NCBI GenBank assembly: GCA_947085915.1
Contig: CAMTYD010000028.1
Span: 1 to 48,730 of the forward strand
Length of the DNA stretch: 48,730 nt
Reading direction: 5' to 3'
From: an uncultured Parcubacteria group bacterium
GTDB lineage: Bacteria; Patescibacteriota; Minisyncoccia; Phycocordibacterales; UBA2100
Below the pieces are notes generated by a model. It saw only the letters and a program-made list of their open reading frames with translations, ran no database searches and was not told where the DNA came from. Positions 23,541 through 31,234 of this stretch are shown here, piece by piece; position 1 is the stretch's first letter, and the number at the start of each line of letters is the position of its first letter. The position numbers were made by a program, and so were the translations under genes.

Positions 23541-25759
23541 CTATTTTTAATTCACTTGGTTCTAATCACTCGTTTCTATCTGCATTTCGAATACTATTTG
23601 CATTCGGAGGAACGACTACGCGGGAGCGCCTCAAAAAGTACCTCGAGGAAAGGTACGGAGGAACCGCAATCATTACCTACAAAGGTCGCGAAGCTTTGCG
23701 CCTTGCCCTCTCTTCGCTTCCAGGCGAGAAAGGTTCCATCGCGGTACACGGCTTTACCTGTTGGGCGGTCTATCAGGCAGTACAGGAAAGCGGGCACACC
23801 TGCCGCTACGTGGACATTTCGCGGACGTCTCTCAATTTCTCCGCCGACGCTTTAGAGGCCGCACTCACGGCTGATACTTCTATCAGAGCAGTCGTTATTC
23901 AGAACTCGCTTGGCGTCCCCTGTGACATTGATGCGATTGCCGCACTCTGTAAGGAGCGCGGAGTCGCACTTGTAGAAGATTTGGCGCATTCGATTGGCGC
24001 GGTCTACGAGTCCGGTCAGGAAGCCGGGACAGTTGGAGATTTCGTCGTCCTCTCATTCAGTCAGGACAAGGTCATTGATGCGATAGCGGGTGGTGCATTG
24101 ATTGTACGCAACAAGAAATATCAGGGGCTAACCTTGCCCTCTTTCACAAAAGTAGCGCGCAAACAGCAATTCAAGGACCGATTTTACCCGCTATTCACAT
24201 CTGTCATCCGTTCGACACACGCAATCCATGTAGGACCCATCATTCATCGCGCGTTGAAATCCCTCCGTATGCTCTCCCGGCCGCTTGATGACAACGACAC
24301 GGGTGCAACACATGAACTCCCCGGCTGGTATTGCGCCACGATACTGCGCGGATATCGCCTTCTTGAGAAGACTACTCAGCACCGCAAGGAAATCACACAG
24401 ATATACGCGGAAAAAATCGACAAACGCTTGCAGCTCACGGACGATATGCGGCACATTGTGCGCTCTGCAAATCTCCGCTTTCCCGTTCTTCATAATGATC
24501 GCGACCATCTCATCGAATATCTGAAAACGAAGCATGTCTATGTAGGAGACATTTGGTACGACGCGCCGATAGGACCGAAGAGGTACCTCCATCGTACAGA
24601 TTACCGAGGAGAGTGCCCGCAAGCAGAGGAAGTCTCGGCAATGATGCTAAATTTGCCGACACATACGCACGTATCGAAAAGTCAGGCGGAGCGTATTGCG
24701 GCATTCGTAAATGAGTATCCGCAAATAGAGCATGACAGACAGTACCGGGTAAAGCCGGTTCAAGACAAGCAGGTATGGGAAGCTTTCTTGGAATCTCAGA
24801 AGCCACATAGTTTCCTCCAATCATGGAAGTGGGGTCAGCACTATGCACAAACGGGTTCAAAAGTGTTCCGCGTAGGTATCTTCAAGGCGGGTACCTTGGT
24901 AGGAGTGGCGCTTCTCATAAAAATACAGGCGCGGCGGGGACACTTCCTCGTATGTCCTCACGGTCCGCTCGTAGCATATTTTGGTGATGAAGAAGGAGCG
25001 CTCGCCGCGCTCGTCCGCTACGCATCTGACGTCGCACGGGATGAAGAGTGCGATTTCATCCGCTTCTGTCCCCTTTCGGCGACCACAGATGCCAACCGTG
25101 CGATGTACCGACGGCTTGGCTTTTCCGACGCGCCAATACACATGCACCCGGAACTCTCTTGGATACTCGATATCACAAAAACGGAAGACCTCCTCTTAAA
25201 AGAGATGCGCAAAACGACACGGTATACGATAAAGAAAATGGAGAAGGAAGGTGTCGAAATCATACAGAGCAGTGACCCGGCTGATATGGATACATTCTGG
25301 TCGGTCTATGCCGACACCTTCGAACGTCAACAATTCACTCCCTTCAGTAAAAAGTACTTACGGACAGAGTTTGAGCTCTATCGCGCCGATGACCAAGCAA
25401 CCTTCTTCTTCGGAAAATTCGAGGGTGAGATAGTGGCAGCAGCCATCATCATCTTCTACAACGGTCAAGCGTTCTATCATCACAGCGGTTCTCTCGCGGC
25501 GGGAGGCTCAAACGTCTCCTACCTCCTCCAATGGCGTGTGATACAAGAAGCCAAGAAGCGTGGATGCACCCTCTACAACTTTTGGGGCATCGCGCCTGAC
25601 GACAAACCGAATCACGCGTGGACCGGTCTTTCGCGCTTCAAAAAAGGTTTTGGCGGGTTTGCCGAAGCGTATTTACACGCGCAAGACAAACCACTCTCTC
25701 CCCGATACGTACTCAACTATGGAATAGAAACGGTGCGCCGTATCCGCCGAAGGCTCTAG
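23537..25759 (+). CDS. Fusion protein: DegT/DnrJ/EryC1-type PLP aminotransferase (N) plus FemAB-family aminoacyl-tRNA-dependent transferase (C)
   Basis: The ATGA start/stop overlap with the upstream hydrolase favours ATG 23537. The N-terminal half carries LEDLAHSIGA and VLSFSQDKVIDAIAGGALI (PLP-Lys context). The C-terminal half carries SFLQSWKWG...FRV..., YHHSGS and NFWGI...GL.RFKKGFGG, typical of FemX/FemAB. The frame has no stop. Confidence 0.8.
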   Translation: MTIFNSLGSNHSFLSAFRILFAFGGTTTRERLKKYLEERYGGTAIITYKGREALRLALSSLPGEKGSIAVHGFTCWAVYQAVQESGHTCRYVDISRTSLNFSADALEAALTADTSIRAVVIQNSLGVPCDIDAIAALCKERGVALVEDLAHSIGAVYESGQEAGTVGDFVVLSFSQDKVIDAIAGGALIVRNKKYQGLTLPSFTKVARKQQFKDRFYPLFTSVIRSTHAIHVGPIIHRALKSLRMLSRPLDDNDTGATHELPGWYCATILRGYRLLEKTTQHRKEITQIYAEKIDKRLQLTDDMRHIVRSANLRFPVLHNDRDHLIEYLKTKHVYVGDIWYDAPIGPKRYLHRTDYRGECPQAEEVSAMMLNLPTHTHVSKSQAERIAAFVNEYPQIEHDRQYRVKPVQDKQVWEAFLESQKPHSFLQSWKWGQHYAQTGSKVFRVGIFKAGTLVGVALLIKIQARRGHFLVCPHGPLVAYFGDEEGALAALVRYASDVARDEECDFIRFCPLSATTDANRAMYRRLGFSDAPIHMHPELSWILDITKTEDLLLKEMRKTTRYTIKKMEKEGVEIIQSSDPADMDTFWSVYADTFERQQFTPFSKKYLRTEFELYRADDQATFFFGKFEGEIVAAAIIIFYNGQAFYHHSGSLAAGGSNVSYLLQWRVIQEAKKRGCTLYNFWGIAPDDKPNHAWTGLSRFKKGFGGFAEAYLHAQDKPLSPRYVLNYGIETVRRIRRRL

Positions 25760-25783
25760 ACGCGTGTTTTTGGCCAACGCGTC
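25759..25783 (+). terminator. Hairpin at the stop codon of the fusion gene
   Basis: gacgcgt-gtttttggcca-acgcgtc (7-bp stem) followed by gattt. Confidence 0.3.
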
Positions 25784-25805
25784 GATTTACGTCGCGAATC
25801 TCCTT

Positions 25806-25874
25806 GAGAACACCCCGAGGGTACTGCGATTTGTAACTACGCAAGCGTAGACAAATCGGGAGCCCTCGGTTCTC
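25806..25874. repeat. Third copy of the 42-nt palindromic unit (25824-25865) embedded in a longer imperfect hairpin
   Basis: The copy is ctgcgatttgtaactacgcaagcgtagacaaatcgggagccc. Flanking ccgaggg/ccctcgg and gagaa/ttctc extend the stem. It sits between convergent genes. Confidence 0.8.
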
Positions 25875-25904
25875 AACGTTTCGCTGCTTTCCGATACGGG
25901 AAAA

Positions 25905-26603
25905 CTACAGTTTTCCCGACCCCTTTCGTCCACCGTTGACCTTCGGCCAACGGCGTGCGGCTTCGGGCCAGAGCTTGGTGAGTGGGTGCGTGAGGCAGTC
26001 GCTGTGCGGGCGCGCCGGGCAGATATAGCGGCCGTAGAGGACAAGTCCGTTGTTGAGGTATTTCCAGTCTTTTTTGGGGACAAGCGCCTCTAGGTCTTTT
26101 GAGATTTTGGTGAGGTCTTCCTGGTCAGTGAGGTCAAAACGCTTCGCGAAGCGCTTCACATGAGTGTCCGTAGGTATCCCCTCCCATATTTCATATATCT
26201 CGCCCAAGGCGACATTGGCAGTCTTGTACGCGACGCCGGGAAGCGTGATGAGTTCGGCAACGGTCTTTGGGATTTTGCCGCTGAAATCAACTTCGACTTT
26301 CTTTGCTGAGGCTATGATTGCTTTTGCTTTATTGCGGAAAAAAGAAACCGATGAGATTTCTTTCTCGAACGCTTTTGGATTTGCCCGAGCAAAGTCGGCC
26401 GGAGTCTTGTACTTTTTAAAAAGAGTTGCGGTGACTTTATTGACCTGCTTATCAGTTGTCTGAGCGGAGAGCATAACCGCGACGAGAAGCTGAAACGGTG
26501 TTTTGTAGTCGAGTTCTGTCTTCGGCTCGGGATATGCTTTCTTCAAATACGCGACTATCTTCGTGGCACGCGCGATGCGCTCTTTTTCTCTATGAGCGTC
26601 CAT
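25905..26603 (-). CDS. nth: Endonuclease III-like HhH-GPD glycosylase with a degenerate Fe-S loop
   Basis: FQLLVAVMLSAQTTDKQVNKVT, LPGVAYKTANVAL and PTDTHVKR are present. The C-terminal loop is C-x7-C-x2-H-x5-W instead of C-x6-C-x2-C-x5-C. ATG 26603 is chosen because it avoids overlap with the upstream ORF. Confidence 0.85.
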   Translation of the reverse strand: MDAHREKERIARATKIVAYLKKAYPEPKTELDYKTPFQLLVAVMLSAQTTDKQVNKVTATLFKKYKTPADFARANPKAFEKEISSVSFFRNKAKAIIASAKKVEVDFSGKIPKTVAELITLPGVAYKTANVALGEIYEIWEGIPTDTHVKRFAKRFDLTDQEDLTKISKDLEALVPKKDWKYLNNGLVLYGRYICPARPHSDCLTHPLTKLWPEAARRWPKVNGGRKGSGKL

Positions 26604-26607
26604 ATGG

Positions 26608-26973
26608 TTAATGATTGATGACGGTCTCTGCCTCATCAAAAGCACCTTCTAATACCGCCATCGCAACCTCTGCCATCGGAAATGTTTCAGAATGTTCGGG
26701 CTCCTGTTCTGCCCTATCAAGAGCCTCGCCCGCAGCCTTAAGAGCTTCCCCTAGTGCCGAAAGGCTGGCCGCAACTGCTTGCGAATGATCATCTATGTCC
26801 TGATCATCAAACGAATGTAGCTTGCTTACTTTGGCTTTATTTCTCTGCAACCAATTGTCCACTTCTATAATGCGGAAGGCGTGTTTTATGAGAATGTTCT
26901 TTCTTTGCTCACGAAGTTCTCCGGAAGAATAATTGTCGTTGGCGGGTTGTGGAATTTTCAAACGCTCAATCAT
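26608..26973 (-). CDS. Hypothetical acidic protein
   Basis: 121-aa ORF packed tightly between flanking genes. No family recognised. Confidence 0.5.
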   Translation of the reverse strand: MIERLKIPQPANDNYSSGELREQRKNILIKHAFRIIEVDNWLQRNKAKVSKLHSFDDQDIDDHSQAVAASLSALGEALKAAGEALDRAEQEPEHSETFPMAEVAMAVLEGAFDEAETVINH

Positions 26974-26977
26974 GCCG

Positions 26978-27478
26978 CTACTGTATCACTATCGGAATAG
27001 AAATCGAATCATCGTTTTCCGGCATGCCGGAAGGATTATCGCGCATGAGGACGAGCGTCGCCGGACCTGAATAGCCACTGGTCGTGATTGGTGCGACGAA
27101 GGTCACATCGCCCACGACCATCCAGTCCGTCTGTGCCTGAGCGATACCCTGCCCGATGAAATTGTTGTTTGCATCAACGACCTTAATCGGGAACGATGCT
27201 TCGAAATACCACGGTCCCGGTGCTTTGCCGGTAACGGTAAAAGTCTTTGGTACCGTAGCACCAGGCACGAGCGAGGTGACCACTACGCGGGCAGCAAGCG
27301 GCGAGAGCGCTACGGGCGGAGTCGAGGTCGCCGTGATTGGAGGCGTTGTAGGTTCAGGTGCGGGTATCGCGAAAAGTACCCAGGTAAGACCCAAAATCAC
27401 AATAAACACAATAATAAGTATGGTTGTCCAAAGACGTGTATTCATAGGTACAGTATAAGACGTATCAACACCCCTCAC
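26978..27478 (-). CDS. Gmad2 immunoglobulin-like domain protein, membrane-anchored
   Basis: TM segment LWTTILIIVFIVILGLTWVLF, then GKAPGPWYFEASFPIKVVDANNNFIGQGIAQAQTDWM..FVAPI, typical of Gmad2. Confidence 0.7.
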   Translation of the reverse strand: MRGVDTSYTVPMNTRLWTTILIIVFIVILGLTWVLFAIPAPEPTTPPITATSTPPVALSPLAARVVVTSLVPGATVPKTFTVTGKAPGPWYFEASFPIKVVDANNNFIGQGIAQAQTDWMVVGDVTFVAPITTSGYSGPATLVLMRDNPSGMPENDDSISIPIVIQ

Positions 27479-27487
27479 AATTACATG

Positions 27488-28444
27488 CTAAAGATCTGAG
27501 ATGCTTCGGGCTATTTTCTCCGAATCATGCCGTGCGATATCAGCCTCAGAAAAGAAATCGCCCCGTATGACCTTTTGCGCATATTCATCGAGTTTGTCAT
27601 CACATTGTATCGGATACTTTTTCTCTTGTTCATACGCTGTCACGAGTGCCGGGTCCAGCGGTGCAGTATTACAAATAGCATAATCAAATTTTTCAAGACC
27701 GCTATAAGTCAGCAGTTCCCGCGCCATATCGGACGCGGCAAAGCCATGAGTCTCTCCCCACTTGCTCATGAGATTGGTGACTATTATTTTCTTTCCCTTA
27801 CTTTCGCGTAGCGCTTCCGACATTCCGCCGACAAGCAGGTTCGGAATAATTGATGTGTATGGGTCTCCGGGACCGATGATGATGAGGTCGGCCTCTCGTA
27901 TCGCGCGGTCTGCCTCTCCAAATAACGCCGCAGGTGGGCTGAGAAATACTTTCTGTATTCGCACCGAACCGTCATGCTTCGGAATATCAATATTTGTCTC
28001 CCCGATAATTTCTTCTCCGTTTTCAAGAATCGCATGTAAATCCGACTTATCGACCGACACAGGAAGCACTTTCCCCTTCAGGTCGAGAAGCTCTGAAGCT
28101 TTGCGTATCGCCTCGATATCGCTACCGTAGATAGCAGAAAGCGCGACGAGAAAGAGATTTCCGAAGCTGTGCCCAGAAAGTCCTGTGCCTCCGTTGAATC
28201 GGTAGTTGAAAAGCTCTCGCAATATTTCCGCCCGCTTTCCATCTGAAAGCGCAAGAAGGCAGCGGCGGACATCACCGGGCGGCAAGACCCCAAATTCGTC
28301 TCGAAGAATACCTGACGAGCTGCCGGAATCGAACATGGAGACCACTGCGGTAATATCGAGGGGAAATTCTTTCAGCCCGCGCAATACGACGTAGCTCCCC
28401 GTCCCCCCGCCGATGGTTACAACTTTTTTTATGCTGTTACCCAT
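27488..28444 (-). CDS. YvcK/CofD-like family protein (gluconeogenesis factor, UPF0052)
   Basis: VVTIGGGTGSYVVLRGLK...VVSMFDSGSSSG...GHSFGNLFL...IIIGPGDPYTSIIPNLLV. Confidence 0.88.
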   Translation of the reverse strand: MGNSIKKVVTIGGGTGSYVVLRGLKEFPLDITAVVSMFDSGSSSGILRDEFGVLPPGDVRRCLLALSDGKRAEILRELFNYRFNGGTGLSGHSFGNLFLVALSAIYGSDIEAIRKASELLDLKGKVLPVSVDKSDLHAILENGEEIIGETNIDIPKHDGSVRIQKVFLSPPAALFGEADRAIREADLIIIGPGDPYTSIIPNLLVGGMSEALRESKGKKIIVTNLMSKWGETHGFAASDMARELLTYSGLEKFDYAICNTAPLDPALVTAYEQEKKYPIQCDDKLDEYAQKVIRGDFFSEADIARHDSEKIARSISDL

Positions 28445-28456
28445 AATTCAGAAACT

Positions 28457-29029
28457 CTATCCTGTGACGCCAAATTTTGCTAGCTCTTCGAGCAGTGCCT
28501 GGAGCGGAAGCCCGATTACGTTATCCATATCTCCCTCGATTTTCTCGATAAAACGAGCGGCACCACCCTGGATAGCGTAGCCACCTGCTTTATCCAGTGG
28601 CTCGCCTGTCGCGACATACGAATCGATTTGTTGATCAGACAAAGTCCGGAAACTAAGCTTCGTTTCAATTGCACGTATGACTACGCCACCCGTCTTTGCG
28701 TCAATAATCACAAACCCCGTGAGGATGCTATGTGTCTTTCCGCTCAACTTCTTGAGCATCTCTTGAGCCCGCTCGGGCGTGCCCGGTTTACCAAATATTT
28801 CTCCGTCACACACGACAATCGTGTCTGCTCCAATGACAAGCGCGTCGGAGTGACGTCTTGCAACCGCTTGCGCTTTCCCTTCCGCGAGATGCTGGACCAA
28901 TTCCTTCGGAGCAAGTGGTAGCGTCAAATCCTCTTCATATCCGCTATCTTCAACTATAAACGTAATACCTGTCCTTTTCAGAATGTCATAGCGTTGCTTT
29001 GAGGTGGAGGCCAGAATGATTTCTCTCAT
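28457..29029 (-). CDS. maf: Maf-like nucleoside triphosphate pyrophosphatase
   Basis: IILASTSKQRYDIL...VIGADTIV...GKPG...DKAGGYAIQG. Start is taken at MREIILAS. Confidence 0.9.
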   Translation of the reverse strand: MREIILASTSKQRYDILKRTGITFIVEDSGYEEDLTLPLAPKELVQHLAEGKAQAVARRHSDALVIGADTIVVCDGEIFGKPGTPERAQEMLKKLSGKTHSILTGFVIIDAKTGGVVIRAIETKLSFRTLSDQQIDSYVATGEPLDKAGGYAIQGGAARFIEKIEGDMDNVIGLPLQALLEELAKFGVTG

Positions 29030-29095
29030 TGCGAAAGTATAACCCCATTTGCAATTTAAAACGGCACTGATAGGATACGGGCACACACCCCATAC

Positions 29096-29190
29096 GTATC
29101 AAGAGAGTGGCGAGAGCTCCGGCTCAGTGACCCACCAGCAGCGTGCTCGAAAGAGTGACGTGCTCCCTCCGGACCCTAACGGGAAGATAC
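29096..29190 (+). promoter_or_regulatory. SAM-I-like (SAM-I or SAM-I/IV) riboswitch aptamer upstream of metK
   Basis: P1 is gtatc/gatac, flanked by aagagag on the 5' side and gggaa on the 3' side, as in SAM-I (AUCAAGAGAG...GAAAGAU). P2 is gtgg...ccac enclosing gagc-uccg-gcuc, with k-turn-like CGAGA/AGUGA. P3 is a long stem capped by GAAA. A CCGG loop and a downstream CCGG could form a pseudoknot. P4 is a short ccc-uaac-ggg hairpin. Confidence 0.6.
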
Positions 29191-29202
29191 TTCTAACGAA
29201 CG

Positions 29203-29222
29203 TCTCCCCCGCAAGGGGAGAT
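29203..29222 (+). promoter_or_regulatory. Expression-platform hairpin (tctcccc-gcaa-ggggaga) downstream of the aptamer
   Basis: Perfect 7-bp stem with a GNRA loop. An upstream gctccctcc (29162-29170) could compete for ggggag. No clear U-tract follows. Confidence 0.4.
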
Positions 29223-29259
29223 TACGCGTTATAAGGCTTTATATATTTAACTATTTACT

Positions 29260-30312
29260 ATGTTCCATTCACTTGAGCGATACACCACAGAGAGCGTTAC
29301 TTCTGGGCATCCGGATAAAGTGTGCGACCAGATTTCGGATGCAATTCTTGATGCCTGTCTCGCACAAGACCCAAATAGTCGTGTCGCCGTAGAGTCTTTT
29401 GGTAGCCACGGCACTCTCATGCTGGGGGGTGAGGTAAAAACAAAAGCTAAGATTAATTTTGAAAAAATAGCCCGAAAAGTCTATCGCGATATCGGATACA
29501 CTGACACCCTCAAAGTGCTCAATACCATCGCCAAACAGTCCCCCGATATCGCCATGGGAGTGGACACGGGCGGTGCCGGAGACCAGGGCATCATGTACGG
29601 CTACGCGACGAATGAGACAAAAGAGATGCTGCCCCTCGGCGTCGTTCTCTCACATGCACTCGCACGCCGCCTCGAAAAATTGAGACGCGATGGCACGCTC
29701 AAGTGGCTCAAGCCCGATGGTAAGACGCAGGTCACCATTGCAAACGGCAAGGTCATTACAGCACTGTGTTCCACCCAGCATGACAAGAAGGTCTCACAGG
29801 AAGAAATCCGTGCCGAACTCATTAAGCATCTCTTCAAGCCAATTCTTGGCAACCTCGATGACATCGAAATCCTGGTCAATCCGACGGGACAATTCATTCT
29901 CGGTGGATTCACTGCAGATGCAGGTCTCACAGGCCGCAAAATCATGGTGGATACGTACGGCGGCGTCATGCCGCACGGCGGCGGCGCATTTTCAGGAAAG
30001 GATTCCACAAAAGTAGACCGCTCGGCTGCGTATATGTGCCGTTTCGTCGCCAAAAACCTGGTAGCGAATGGATATGCCAAAAAAGCTCTTGTATCGGTCG
30101 CGTATGCTATCGGACGCATTGAGCCTGTCATGATTGAAGCATTCGATGAACACGGGAAAAATCTCACAAAAGTCGTCACGGAAAATTTCGACTTCCGTCC
30201 GCGAGCAATCATTGATAGGCTCGGACTCCGCAAGCCCATCTTCCAAGAGACCGCCGCATACGGACACTTCGGTGTGAAGGGTCGTCCCTGGGAGAAAATC
30301 ATAAAAATCTAG
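29260..30312 (+). CDS. metK: S-adenosylmethionine synthetase (short form, 350 aa)
   Basis: TSGHPDKVCDQISDAILD, GAGDQGIMYGYA and GGGAFSGKDSTKVDRSAAY. Confidence 0.95.
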   Translation: MFHSLERYTTESVTSGHPDKVCDQISDAILDACLAQDPNSRVAVESFGSHGTLMLGGEVKTKAKINFEKIARKVYRDIGYTDTLKVLNTIAKQSPDIAMGVDTGGAGDQGIMYGYATNETKEMLPLGVVLSHALARRLEKLRRDGTLKWLKPDGKTQVTIANGKVITALCSTQHDKKVSQEEIRAELIKHLFKPILGNLDDIEILVNPTGQFILGGFTADAGLTGRKIMVDTYGGVMPHGGGAFSGKDSTKVDRSAAYMCRFVAKNLVANGYAKKALVSVAYAIGRIEPVMIEAFDEHGKNLTKVVTENFDFRPRAIIDRLGLRKPIFQETAAYGHFGVKGRPWEKIIKI

Positions 30313-30327
30313 CGATATAATGGGAGC

Positions 30328-30591
30328 ATGGAACCTCTCGAGGAACGCGTGTCCCGCATTGAAGAGCGTAACCGGATAGTGGAAGCGGACAAAGCATGGG
30401 AAACGAGTTGGGCTCGCCGGTTACTTATCGTGCTATTCACCTATGTGGCCATAGGTGTTTTTCTCTCTGTCATACATATTGATAGACCGTGGCTGAGTGC
30501 TATCGTACCCGCGATTGGATTTACCCTTTCGACGCTCACGATGCCTCTCTTCAAGCAAGCCTGGCTCAAACGCATGCGCGAACATGAATAA
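30328..30591 (+). CDS. Small membrane protein, unknown function
   Basis: 87 aa with two hydrophobic helices (LLIVLFTYVAIGVFLSVI and LSAIVPAIGFTLSTL). Confidence 0.5.
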   Translation: MEPLEERVSRIEERNRIVEADKAWETSWARRLLIVLFTYVAIGVFLSVIHIDRPWLSAIVPAIGFTLSTLTMPLFKQAWLKRMREHE

Positions 30592-31234
30592 AGCATTCAT
30601 CTTCGACATGGACGGCGTGCTCGTAGACAGCGAACGCATATGGGCTGCGGAGGAGGAGGATTTTTTGACTCGTCTTTTTGGAAAAAACATCGTGGGCAAA
30701 ATTGGCAGTACGATGGGAGTCAGCATTAATGAAGTATATAAAAAGGCTGTCGAGCACGGCACATCCATAGATAAGGATATTTACGTGAAGGCATTCGACG
30801 AAGAAGCCCGTTCAATCTATTCACGCGCATCTTTGATACAAGGGACGGAGGCATTGGTCGAATATCTCACTTCTCATGAATTTAAACTTGGACTCGTTTC
30901 AGCCTCGCGCCTCAATGGCATTGAACAAGTTCTTCAACAACTTCCGTTCAGAGAAAAGTTCGAGATTGTCATCTCTATTAATGATGCCGGCTTTCCTTCA
31001 AAACCCGCCCCTGATGGTTTTATCGAAGCACTTCGACGACTTGATGCCGATCCAAAGAAATCCATTGTTCTCGAAGATTCGAACCGTGGTATCGCTTCAG
31101 GGAAAGCTGCAGGTTGCTACGTTATCGGCTATAGCGGACATGTTGTTGAGGGCTACCAACAGAGAGGCGCCGACGCATATGCCGAAACGATGGAGGATGT
31201 CATCAAGCTCGTCGAATCATTCGACAGTAACTGA
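30584..31234 (+). CDS. HAD-IA family hydrolase (beta-phosphoglucomutase/phosphatase-like)
   Basis: FIFDMDGVLVDSE, LVSAS and LEDSNRGIASGKAAG. The start at MNKAFIFD overlaps the upstream ORF by 8 nt. Confidence 0.85.
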   Translation: MNKAFIFDMDGVLVDSERIWAAEEEDFLTRLFGKNIVGKIGSTMGVSINEVYKKAVEHGTSIDKDIYVKAFDEEARSIYSRASLIQGTEALVEYLTSHEFKLGLVSASRLNGIEQVLQQLPFREKFEIVISINDAGFPSKPAPDGFIEALRRLDADPKKSIVLEDSNRGIASGKAAGCYVIGYSGHVVEGYQQRGADAYAETMEDVIKLVESFDSN

